64,000 nucleotides of DNA from the NCBI RefSeq assembly GCF_009914755.1, contig NC_060928.1; one strand, given 5' to 3'. Both the position numbers and the translations under genes were made by a program. Shown here piece by piece: positions 1 to 15,335 of this stretch; the stretch's first letter is position 1, and each line of letters begins with the position of its first letter. This DNA is from the human T2T-CHM13v2.0 reference genome, Homo sapiens. The notes beneath the pieces are model-generated. The model was not told where the DNA came from, ran no database searches, and saw only the letters and a program-made list of their open reading frames with translations.

Positions 1-1320
1 TTAAGAATTTTTGACAAATGCCTCCTTCCTATTGGTAGTGACTTTATCACTAGATGAGTTCTGAGTTAGGCAAAATAAAGACAAGTCTTTCAGTGGATTC
101 TTCCACAGTTCTTCTGTCTTAAACAAACAGGCTAAGTATGGCTGTTCTTTCGAAATGAGGCTTTGAAAGTGCTGCAGCCTTGTTTCTGCCACTGATCTGG
201 GGAGTGAAGATGTGCCTAGGGTATGCTAAAACACCACAAAACTCACTATTCTTACTAATATTTAGCCACTTTCATTGAGTAAGTCATCCCCAGGTTTCTG
301 CAAGTCTTTTGTTAATATATAGAGTTTTGAAACAATTGATTCTGATAGAGTTTGCTAGGTTTTCCTTTTGAAAATTTTCTCTTTAACTTCTTGAAAATAT
401 GGAATAGAGTTATGATAAATGTTTTTATATTCTTATCTACTAATTCTATTATTTGTGTTATTTCTGATTATCTTTAAATTGATCAACTTTTATTCCTTTT
501 ATTGTACATACTTTTCTACTTCTTTGTGTGCCTGTTAATTTTCCATTTGATAGTCACATTGTGAATTTTACCTTTTTGAGTGCTGGATATTATTGTTTTC
601 CTAAAAATATCCTTGAGATTTGTTTTGGGACATGGCTAAGTTACTTAGAACTGTTAGGAAATAGTTTGGTCCATTTCAGACTTGTTTTTATTCATCTTTA
701 GGTAGGATTAGAGCAGGGCTTTTTTCTAAGGTCAACTTTCCCTATTACGGAAGTAAGAACTTTCTTAGTATTCTAAACTTTACTTCATGAATTATGGTGT
801 TTTCTCTTCTAGTTGTGGGTACAGACAATACGTCTTTCCCTACATGTGCCTCAGACACTGTTCTCTAACCTTTCAGGTATCTCTTTCCCTAGGCTCACAT
901 AATTTCCTCAGATACTTGTGCTGATCAATACTCAGCTGAATCCTCCAGGGGAACACTTCCAGAGTTCTCTTACTGTGCAGAGATCTCCAGAGTTCTCTTT
1001 CTGTGTAGCTCTCTCCTCTTGGTTCTTTGCCTTGCAAACTTAGCCACCTTGGCTTTCCTGGACTCCCAGTTCTGTCCTCTCAACAGTGAGACAGTGGGTC
1101 TCTGTCTGAGTTCCTTTGCCCTATACTACAACATGGAAACTTTCTGTAGACATTAATCTAAGACAACCGTAGGGCTCGTTTTTTTGTTCCTCATCACTTA
1201 GGAAACTCTGTCCTTCACTGCTGAATGTCCAGTGTTTTCAAAGATGTTGTTTCATACATTTTGTCCCATTCCTTAGTTAAGTCAAGAGGGTAAATCAAAT
1301 CCCTATGAATGATCTCAGCT
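1..1320 (-). mobile_element. Old L1M-class LINE, 5'-region fragments (runs off left edge)
   Basis: T-rich plus strand with motifs I recall from L1M 5' regions (e.g. gctgatcaatactcagctgaa, gttgtttcatacattttgtcc). Boundaries approximate. Confidence 0.55.
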
Positions 1321-4300
1321 GGATTTAAAGAATGGTTGGCCCCTTCCAATACAATTCAGTAAAATCTCATTACCCAAATTCTGTCTAATGCTGAAAAATG
1401 TGTTGCTGTGGTTGGTGAAAAAGCAATACATTTTCTTCTGCCAGTTGTTACAACTTGTTTGCTCTCTATAAAGGGTGAGTATTAAATTTTCAGAGAGATC
1501 TTTATTAAAAAGTCATTATCAGCAATTATTTATAACTGTGTTAAGCATAAAACCTGATTGAAAAATACTGTGTTCATGGAATCAAGTTCAAAATTCTCAG
1601 GAAATAAAAATAAAAAGATGTTATTTGGAAGTTTCATATAAATTGAAGGTTAATGTCTTTCTTAATATTTTGTATTTCATTTTTCTTGTCTGAATTATGT
1701 AAAAGGAAATTGAAAACATTTGTAAGCCCGTAGATGAGAAGTCAGTCAAAATCTTGGAGGATCTTGGTGCTAGAAGTAGAAACTGAAGAAATGTAGATCA
1801 GCATGAGCGAGCGCGTGTATATTACTAAAGGGTACCCAGAAAGTTTGTATATGCATGTGTTTGTGTATAAATTTTTTTGCTCAGATTATGTAATAAAAGC
1901 AAAAATAAGGTCAGATTTGATTCAGAAAGAAGATAATTTTATAGAAATAATTACTTGCCATCTTGTGGCATACTGACTGCAAAAATAACCTTAATTCTCT
2001 ACTTCCTTATTCTACTTCCTTTCTAATCTGATTGAGCTTTGTGTTCACTTATTGCACATCATGGTAGCTATTGCTAATGGATACACATCTGCCGTAATGC
2101 ATCGGAGAAAGGATGTGGCCTTGTTTTGTTCCCTGTACCCTCAGGAATGATGACAAGGCTCTCAGAGATGTTGGATATATGTTCCAAGATGGGTTTCATG
2201 CTCCTGAGCAAAGGTGTTGCCACACATTTTGCCTCATGCAGGAGAAAATGTGTGTCAGATCAGGTTTCTTAGCTCATGAGTTGGGCCTCCATTGACAAGG
2301 CAAGCAATACAGGATGTCTAAGGGTTTAATAAGCTTTCATTCATAATTTTAGCCAGATAGTTGAAAATATAATCAGATAGAATAAAAGCCTTCCTACAGG
2401 AAAGTGGAATATGCTCACATCACCCACTTCTTACAGAAAATGTACAGTCTAAGAGGGTGAAAGGGGCATTTAGATTGTTAATGTGATTTGGGATTTTAGT
2501 CAGCCATCTGGTTATAAGGAGAGATGGGGAAACTGACTTGAAGATACATTTGCATAGCAGGCTAATTATTTTTAATTAAATTTTACGTTTATTTCAGTCA
2601 TTTTAGGCTTGATGAAGTTGGGGGAAATGCTAAAGTCACCACTTGCAAGACTAACTTTAACCAGATTGTCCCCCTCCACACAAACACTGAAGTAGAATAA
2701 AGGCTTATCACAGAAAGAGTAAGAGGACAATTGATTAAATGAGCAAGGTGCAGTGTTCACAAGTAGAAATGAAGGAACAAGCGCCTGTTGCAGAGATAAG
2801 ATGATTTAACTGCTAATTGTGAAGCAATAGTCTTTGTGTAATCAAAAGCTAGCATGAATGATTATTGATTTAAATATTTTATTAAAATCTAATTTTACCA
2901 AACCTGTCCACCATGGTTTACATCTTATCATATTTGCGTTTATTATAGGAAGGTTCATTCTGAGCAACATAAAACATCATTTATATGCTGCCATTTCAAT
3001 TTAGTCACTATTCTTTTAAATTAAAACAAGAGTTTTTGATTTTGAAAGACAAAAAAGCCAGACAGTAAAGTCTGAAAAATTTATATCAGAACTGAGATGT
3101 TCTTAAGATTTCTTTAGACAAGAATCATAAAAATGCAGATGGTAAGAATATATAATGAGATTTAGGGAATTTCAATTTTAATAACAGAGTAAAGCGCTGT
3201 CTCTTGACTGTAAATTAATAAAGGAAGTTTTCCTGGGATCATAAACTGTGAAATTATAGCCTCAGAGGCTTTCCAATGACAACTAACACTAAGATTAAAT
3301 AAGGGCTTTAGAATTAAATATCACAAGGTATTGTATTGAAGAATATATTGTTGTAAAAAAATAGCTGTAAAACTTAGTCAGTGTATTCTAAAATTTACCA
3401 ATGGAAGCTAAAGAGAAAAGTTTAGAGGCATACTGAATAAATAATTTAAGATTATATGCCAAAGAAATTATTGACAATACTTCTCTTTTATTGATAAAAC
3501 TATTTGTACCATACAGTGAAATGCTTCATATTCATAGAGGTTTTGGAATAGAATTTAAACTTCCAGAGTTATTAAAATGAGTCCTGAATAACTTTCATGA
3601 ATATGAGGACTTTGTAGGTCTGTCCTCAGCTATATTCTTGGCATTTAGCATAAAGCCTGAACATGGTAGGTGCTCGGTATTCAATGTTATTTCTATTTAC
3701 AATGAAAGCTGCTGCTGTGCTACACTTTTACACAAGAGGGCGTGATTGAAACTGATATAAGACAGGCTATGCTGATAGTACTACTGCATTTTCATATAAA
3801 CTGTGGGTTTTGCTTTTTCTAGTCCATCTTTATGGATAGCAGGTCACTCTGGATGCCCTTCTATAGAATAGCAGCAACAGGCAGCAAAAACTACTTAAAA
3901 ATCCATTAAACTGAAGTTTTCTACAATATAAAACATAGTGTCCATTTTCATTTGTTAGATTTAACAGATTTACCAGATAACTCAAAAAGAAAACACAAAA
4001 TAGAGTGATCAGAAATTTTAGGAGATTTTCTTGAATAGCAACTTTTCCATATGAACTGGGGCTCTGTCTCAGATTATTACCATGGGAATTGTGCTTGTCT
4101 TTGGATAGTATGTCCCTTAAATTTCATTTTTTTCCATTTTTGTGAGTAGTGAACAAACTAGTATCAACAAAGTTAACCTTGAAAAAGAAAATGTATTCTT
4201 TAGAGAATGAAATGGCAATAAAAGGCAAAAGGTGAAACTGGAGAAGTGGCTGCTAATATTTTATATGTTGGGAAGAAGGAGGTAGACTTAATAGGTGACC

Positions 4301-4499
4301 GTGCTGGTTCTACAAAGATCCAAGGCACAGACACTTCCTGACAATTGTATATTACAATTGTATAGCTATTATAGTTTGCCCTTGCTCCCTTGTCTTCCAG
4401 CTCTCTCCTCATGGGCTCACAATGGTCTTATTCAAAAATAAACAGTATAACAACCCAATACCAACAATAAAAAAATCCTCTACAATTAACTTCCTAGAT

Positions 4500-5025
4500 A
4501 TTTGTCTTGCTTGGCAACAGTCACCATGACATATTCACTGTTAAAATTGATGGGCACTCTTGATCTTCCTATTTGATCTCTGGGAAGCATTTAGTTCCAT
4601 TGACCTCTCTTCCATTTAAAAATATTTTTCTCTTCCTGCTTTCCTTCTTACCTTTGTGGACTTTCCTTTTTAATCTCTCAAATGGGCTTTTCTTTCCCAG
4701 ATTTCTTCTTTGGCTCTCTTCTCACTTTATACATTATCTCTGAACAAACACTTCCATCCTATGACTTCAGTTATATTGTCTGAAATTTTAAACTCTAGCC
4801 TTCCTCTCAAGCTTGAGCTCTAAGTTCCTATGAAACTGAGCTCTAGGCTTTACAGCTGGAAATTCAGATGTGTTCAAAGAGATCTCAGCACTCTTTACCC
4901 CATATCCATTCTTATTTCATTGTTTATTTCAGTGAATGGCAATACCATCTGGCCAATGGCCCAAGCCAGGTGTCTTGGCAATAATTTGGACTTCACTTTC
5001 TTTCTCAGCCTCCACATCTAATCAA
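4500..5025 (+). mobile_element. L2 LINE fragment
   Basis: Pyrimidine-rich L2-like text ending ccaagccagg...tttctcagcctccacatctaatca. Confidence 0.5.
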
Positions 5026-5084
5026 CGACTCTTGGAGACATTATTGCTTATCTCTACACCAGCCAGTTTCAACCCTCTCTTCTT

Positions 5085-5400
5085 ATTGCTGGAAACTGCC
5101 ACCTATTTTAGAGGCTGAAAGGCCAGATTTTGCTTTCTCAATTTTCCTTGCATTTAAGGAATGGACATTTTACCTAATCCTCATTAATGGGACATTGAGG
5201 AAGATGAGCTTCAAGTCTTCTGGGAAAGACCTTTCTCTCTGATTACGAAACAGAGATGCCTATGCAGAGGGCTCATCCTTTTACTTCCTGTTATGAACAT
5301 TGCTGTTTGAAGATATGATGCTCAAGGCTACTGCTTGAAAAAGAGAAAGAGCTGCATAGACATGTCAACACAGAGTTCTGACAAGAGTTTAGCAACTGTG
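5085..5400 (+). mobile_element. Ancient ERVL LTR fragment (LTR33/LTR16-like), interrupted by MLT2
   Basis: cttctgggaaagacctttctctctgat...gatatgatgctcaaggctactgc resembles the LTR16/33 family. Confidence 0.35.
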
Positions 5401-5401
5401 T

Positions 5402-5903
5402 TGTGAAGGTCATTTTATGTATCAACTTGACTAGACTTAAGGATGCCCAGATAGCTGGTAAAATATTATTTCTCGGTTTGATTGTGAGGATATTTCTGTA
5501 AGAGTTTTGAATTTGGATTAGTGAGATGGCCCTCACTGATGAGTGGACATCATCTGAGACCACTGAGGGCCTGAATAGAACAAAAATCCGGAGGAAGGGC
5601 AAATTTGTTCTCTTTTCAGGAGCTGAGCCATCCATCTTCTTCCACCTTTGGATATCGGTACTCCTGATTTCAGGCCTTCAGACTTGGATTGGGTTTAGAT
5701 CACGGGCTTCCCTGGTTCTCAGGACTTCGGGTTTGGGCTGGAACTATGCCGCAGCATTCCCAGGCCTCTAATTTGCAGAGGGAAGATTTGGGGACTTCTC
5801 AGCCTTCATAATCAAATGAACCAATTCCTCATGATAAATCTTTCTTTACATATCTATATATGTCCTTTTGGTTCTATTTCTTTGGAGGACCCTGACTAAT
5901 ACA
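5402..5903 (+). mobile_element. MLT2 (ERVL) solo LTR
   Basis: Termini tgtg...ctgactaataca; internal ggatgcccagatagctggtaaaa and gagggcctgaatagaacaaaa; flanks tgtgt/tgtgc (near 5-bp TSD). Confidence 0.85.
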
Positions 5904-6759
5904 TGTGCCCATCTCTTTTCTTATTACACAAGAAAATGACCCCAAATTATTCTCTTACGTACAGTTGGAATTAGTCTATTGAAATTTAAGGTTAATTGAT
6001 TTTCACTGCTAAATGTATTTTGAATTTGACTCCTTCTTTTAACCCCCTTTGCTAATATCTTTGTACTGAACTGTATTATTTCTGGTATGGATTACTGCAA
6101 CAACAGCCTCACTGGCTTATCTGCTTCTATCACAATTCTTCTTCTCCAGTTCAACTTTCTCTCTAGTATCTGAGTGATTTTATATGTAAACTTCAAACCA
6201 GAGAATGTCTTTGCCCTTGTTACAAAATTTTCAATGATTCTCATTAAACCTCAAGACAAAGTTTAACTTCCTTCAAAGCAGAGCATGAAAGGCCCCTCCT
6301 GAATCTATACTCGCTCTCCATACCCACCTCCTTCAGTTTTGTACTCCCACTATATGCTATTTGTACTGAGCTATTGTGCTTAGTTTTATTGAGATACAGT
6401 TTTTATTACTTTTAAGTCTGAGACTTGTAAGCTTCTTTCCTGACCCAATTTACCTGCAATGCACTTGTACCTCAATGGGGATTATTTATTCTCAGACAGT
6501 TTAACTTACACAATAATGATATGGAAAGATAAGTTTTGTTTTAGCCTCAGAAAGATAGAAGTTTATGGTATAATGTGCAGGTCAAAAGATCTCTGGATGA
6601 AGTCTTTAGTAGGCTTAGTTCTGGTTTCCCTTAATAGTTACACTCTTCTTCACCTCAAGACCTTTATTATGCTGTTCCTTCTGTCTGGAATGTTTGTTTT
6701 TCCATTCTGTCTCTGTCCCGTCCCACCTCATTTCTAGTCCCTCAATATTAAGTTCCATT

Positions 6760-7260
6760 TTTCCCAGATAGCCAAAAATATTAGTAGGTTTTGTTAAGTG
6801 GTCAAGTAGTCCCTAAGCAGCCACTACTATTTAAGCTGCTAGATTGACTCACTTCCCACACTTCTGTAAATTTGGTTGGTAAGGAAATAATGAACCTGAA
6901 TAGATTTAGTCAGTTTCTTACTCATGGGGCATTAGGCAGTATGGGTTTCAGGATTGCATTGTTTCCCTTGCCCTTTCTTCAGCTTATGGGGGTGATGCAG
7001 AGTGGGCCCTGGTGGGCGCTGCACACACAGTGGGTTTGTGTTGCAGCTGAGAAATGCTGAGCTTGGGAAGTCAATCTTTTAAGGAGCTGCATGTTTTAAG
7101 TCAACATATCCGATTTTTGTTCCTGAGAGAGACAATGTCTTTATTATCTTGATCAGGAGACAAATCTGTTCTCTGACCTAGAGGGAGAAAGTCTTTCTTA
7201 TTTCCAAGAATATTTGCTATACAAAAATTGAAGAAATGCAATGGAAAATTGCTCTCAACA
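6760..7260 (-). mobile_element. ERVL LTR, MER74/LTR53-like
   Basis: Ends ...aattgctctcaaca; its right half is similar to the element at 49270-49796. Confidence 0.45.
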
Positions 7261-7299
7261 GTTAAGAGCTAGGAATCAAACAGATCTGGGATTTAAATT

Positions 7300-8213
7300 T
7301 ATATGTTGATGAGTTCCAAATTTATTTCTCCTGCCCAGACTCTTGCCTCAAACTCCAGTCTGAAATATCCAGTTTCCTACCTGACAAATATACTTGAATG
7401 TCTAATAAGAATATCAACCTTACTATGTCCAAGTCTAAGCTCCTGATATTTCCAATCTAATCCTTTCTTCCCAAAAGTTAATGGCAACTGATCTTTCTGG
7501 TTGTTCAGGCTGCAAATGTTGCTGTCATTTTTGACTCCTTTCTTTCTCTTACACTCCACATTAAATTATCTGCAAATCCTGTAGGTTCAACTTTCAAATA
7601 TATTGAGAATCTTACGGTTTGTCACTCTTCTACTGTTATCATACTTGTACAAGTTGGTACCTTCTGTTTTCTGGATTATTGAAGATGTGTTCTAACCAGT
7701 CTTTGTTTCCTCTCTTGATTGTTTTCAGTGTAATAAGCCAAAGTGATCCATTAAAACATGGCCTCCTAGAAAAAAAATCTCATTTTCGTATCATGAACAA
7801 GCTTAAAGACCTGACTATGATCTACAAGGTCATGTATGATCTTCCCCTCTCCACCCTTTGTCATTCTGATTTCATTTTCTGGTGCTTTTCCGTGTTCTCA
7901 CTTAGCCTCAGCCATACCAGCCTTTCATCCAGGGGCCTTTCTACTTGTTGTTTATTCTCCCTTAAGTGCTTTCCACTCAGAGGTCTGCATGCCAAACTCC
8001 CTGGCTACCTTTAGGCAATTACCCAAATGTTGCCTTCTCTCATATATTCACCTGCTTGACAATTACAATTGCCTGCTTGACAATTACACTTAGGTGTCTA
8101 ACAACATGTCAGATTTAACATCTTTGTCATAAGACTTCACTGATCATCTTTGGGACACTGTCTCACACAACATAGATGCTTAGTAATTATTTGTTAAATG
8201 AATAAATAAGTAA
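7300..8213 (+). mobile_element. L2 (L2a-like) 3' portion
   Basis: gatgagttccaaatttatttctcctgcccagactc...; 3' end atagatgcttagtaattatttgttaaatgaataaata. Confidence 0.75.
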
Positions 8214-8234
8214 ATAGACTTGGATTTAAAACTT

Positions 8235-8385
8235 ATTGTTGCCAGACCTTGGAAAAGTTAGTAAATTTTCTAAGCCTTTCTCATTAATAAAAAGAAAAAA
8301 ACAATAGCATGATTGGAGGGTTAAATGATATAACATGCATAAAACACTTAGAATGCCTAGTGCCTGGCACATAGTAGGCACTCTG
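8235..8385 (+). mobile_element. MIR
   Basis: gaccttggaaaagtta core and gtgcctggcacatagtaggcactc tail. Confidence 0.6.
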
Positions 8386-8591
8386 ATACCCTAAGTACAG
8401 AGATACCTCATCATTTCCCTCCCAATTTGTGTTATTCGTGGGTCATCATAGAATTCTCTTATATATGTAATATATATAATATTATATGTTAATTATTAAT
8501 ATATTGCCTAATTATGTGTTAATGTGTTAACAATTGTGTGCCCTTTTTGGTGTTTGGCTAATAGTAGGATCTGGGAAAATGAGTGATTTGG

Positions 8592-8755
8592 AGCCAGACA
8601 TAGTGGGGTGCACCTGTAGTCCCAGCTCCTCAGGAAGCTGAGGCAAGAGGATCCCTTGAGCCCAGGAGTTTGAGGCTGCAGTGAGCTATTATTGTATTAC
8701 TACACTCCAGCCTGTGTGATAGAGTGAGACTCCCTATCTCTTAAAAAAAAAAAAA
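8592..8755 (+). mobile_element. Alu right monomer (FRAM/AluJ-type)
   Basis: cctgtagtcccagct...gaggctgcagtgagctat...gagtgagactcc followed by poly(A). Confidence 0.9.
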
Positions 8756-9128
8756 GTTATTTAGCAGGTTACAAGTTGCCTTAAATATATCATCTCATTT
8801 TATCCTCAGAACCAATCTAGGTAAAATCAGCTCAGTTTTAGATATGAAAAAACTGAGATTTAGAGAGATTCACTGTCGAAAGTCAGTATATTGGCAAATC
8901 TTGACTGGTGATTTTTTTTTTCTTATTACACTTTAAGTTCTAGGATACATGTGCACAACATGCAGGTTTGTTACATATGTATACATGTGCCATGTTGGTG
9001 TGCTGCACCCATTAACTCATCATTTACATTAGGTATATGTCCTAATGCCATCCCTCCCCCATCTCTCCACCCCACGAGAGGCCCTGGTGTGTGGTGTTCC
9101 CCACTCTGTGTCCAAGTGTTCTCATTGT

Positions 9129-12953
<3,825 letters not shown>

Positions 12954-13016
12954 TATGATGTTAGCTGTTTATTTTGCTTGTTAGTTGGTGCAGTTTCTTC
13001 CTAGCATTGATGATCT

Positions 13017-14035
13017 TTACAATTTGGCATGTTTTTGCAGTGGCTGTTACTGGTTGTTCCTTTCCATGTTTAGTGCTTCCTTCAGGAGCTCTTGTAAGGC
13101 AGGCCTGGTGGTGACAAAATCTCTCGGCATTTGCTTGTCTGTAAAGGATTTTATTTCTGCTTCACTTATGAAGCTTAGTTTGGCTGGATATGAAATTCTG
13201 GGTTGAAAATTCTTTTCTTTAAGAATGTTGAATATTGGCCCCCACTCTCTTCTGGCTTGTAGAGTTTCTGCCGAGAGATACATTGTTAGTCTGATGGGCT
13301 TCCCTTTGTGGGTAACTTGACCTTTCTCTCTGTCTGCCCTTAACATTTTTCCTTCATTTCAACTTTGGTGAATCTGACAATTATGTGTATTGGAGTTGCT
13401 CTTCTTGAGGAGTATCTTTGTGGCATTCTCTGTATTTCCTGAATTTGAATGTTGGCCTGCCTTGCTAGGTTGGGGAAATTCTCCTGGATAATATCCTGAA
13501 GAGTGTTTTCCAACTTGATTCCATTTTCCCCATCACTTTCAGGTACACCAATCAGACATAGATTTGGTGTTTTCACATAGTCCCATATTTCTTGGAGGCT
13601 TTGCTCATTTCTTTTTACTCTTTTTTCTCTAAACTTCTCTTCTTGCTTGATTTCATTCATTTGATCTTCATTCACTGATACCCTTTCTTCCAGTTGATTG
13701 AATTGTCTGCTGAAGCTTTTTCATGCATCTTGTAGTTCTTGTGCCGTGGTTTTCAGCTCCATCAGGTCATTTAAGGTCTTCTCTATGTTATTTATTCTAG
13801 TTAGCCATTCGTCCAATCTTTTTACAAGGTTTTTATCTTTGCAGTGGGTTCGAATATCCCCCTTTAGCTCAGAGAAGTTCGTTATTGCTCATCTTCTGAA
13901 GCCTTCTTCTCTCAACTCATCAAAGTCATTCTCTGTCCAGCTTTGTTCCATTGCTGGCGAGGAGCTGCGTTCCTTTGGAGAAGAGGTGCCGTGATTTTTA
14001 GAATTTTCAGCTTTTCTGCTCTGGTTTCTCCCCAT
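13017..14035 (-). pseudogene. L1 ORF1, disrupted
   Basis: ATG at 14035 (MGRNQSRKAENSK...); fragments EQSLQEIWDYVK and ARREWGPIFNILKEKNFQPRISYPAKLSF. Confidence 0.93.
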
Positions 14036-14610
14036 CTTTGTGGTTTTATCTACCTGTGGTCTTTGATGATGGTGACGTACAGATGGGTTTTTGGTGTGGA
14101 TGTCCTTTCTGTTTGTTAGTTTTCCTTCTAACAGTCAGGACCTTCAGCTGCAGGTCTGTTGGAGTTTGCTGCAGGTCCACTCCAGACCCTGTTTCCCTCG
14201 GTATCACCAGCAGAGGCTGCAGAATAGCAAAGATTGCAGAACGGCAAATGTTGCTGCCTGATCATTCCTCTGGAAGCTTCGTCTCAGAGGGGCACCTGGC
14301 CGTATGAAGTGTCAGTCGGCCCCTACTGGGAGTTGCCTCCCAGTTAGGCTACTCGGGGGTCAGGGACCCACTTGAGGAGGCAGTCTGTCTGTTCTCAGAT
14401 CTCAAACTCCATGCTGGGAGAACCACTACCCTCTTCAAAGCTGTCAGACAGGGATGTTTAGGTCTGTGGAAGTTTCTGCTGCCTTTAGCTCAGTTATCCC
14501 TTGCCCCCAGATGTGGAGTCTACAGAGGCAGGCAGGCCTCCTTTAGCTGTGGTGGACTCCACCCAGTTCGAGCTTCCTGGCTGCTTTGTATACTGACTCA
14601 AGCCTCAGCA

Positions 14611-14793
14611 ATGGCCAGTGCCCCTCCCCCAGCCTTGCTGCTGCCTTGCAGTTTGATCTCAGACTGCTGTGCCAGCAGTGATCAAGGCTCTGTGGGCATG
14701 GGACCCTCTGAGCCATGTGCGGGATATAATCTCCTGGTGTGCCATTTGCTAAGACCAATGGAAAAGCTCAGTATTAGGTTGGGAATGACCTGA
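14611..14793 (+). pseudogene. L1 antisense ORF0 homologue, truncated to 60 aa
   Basis: MASAPPPALLLPCSLISDCCAS... is colinear with primate L1 ORF0 (MAGAPPPASLPPCSLISDCCAS...); premature TGA at 14791. Confidence 0.8.
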
Positions 14794-15335
14794 TTTTCCA
14801 GGTGCCATCTGTCACAGCTTCCCCTGGCTAGGAAAGGGAATTCCCCAACCCCTTGCGCTTTCTGGGTGAAGCGATGCTTCACTTGCTTCAGCTCATGGTC
14901 CGTGGGCTGCACCCACTCTCCTGCATCCACTGTCTGACAAGCCTCAGTGAGATGAACCCAGTACCTCAGTTGGAAATGCAGAAATCACCTGTCTTCTGTG
15001 TCGCTCACGCTGGGAGCTGTAGACTGGAGCTGTTCCTATTCAGCCATCTTGGAACCTCTCTAGTGATTTTTTTTAATTTTTACATTAAAAGAGTCACATT
15101 TTCTAAAAGGTACTCCATAAATGTATTTTTTAAACAGAAGAAATCTATGCATCCATAAACACTAATATGATTTCTTCTTCAATTCTTAATTTTATCTGAC
15201 CTTGACAATCTTTTAAATACATTTGAAATATCTTGATGAAATTGTGTTAAAAATGAGATCACTATAATTATTCTCATTCACTTATGCTCCACCTACATAC
15301 CTATTATAGGAAGATGAAACAATGCCTAATTTTCT

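Noticed and set aside
958-1008. Duplicated tccagagttctctt.ctgtg.ag
   Set aside because: Diverged local duplication within an old L1M; no further structure.
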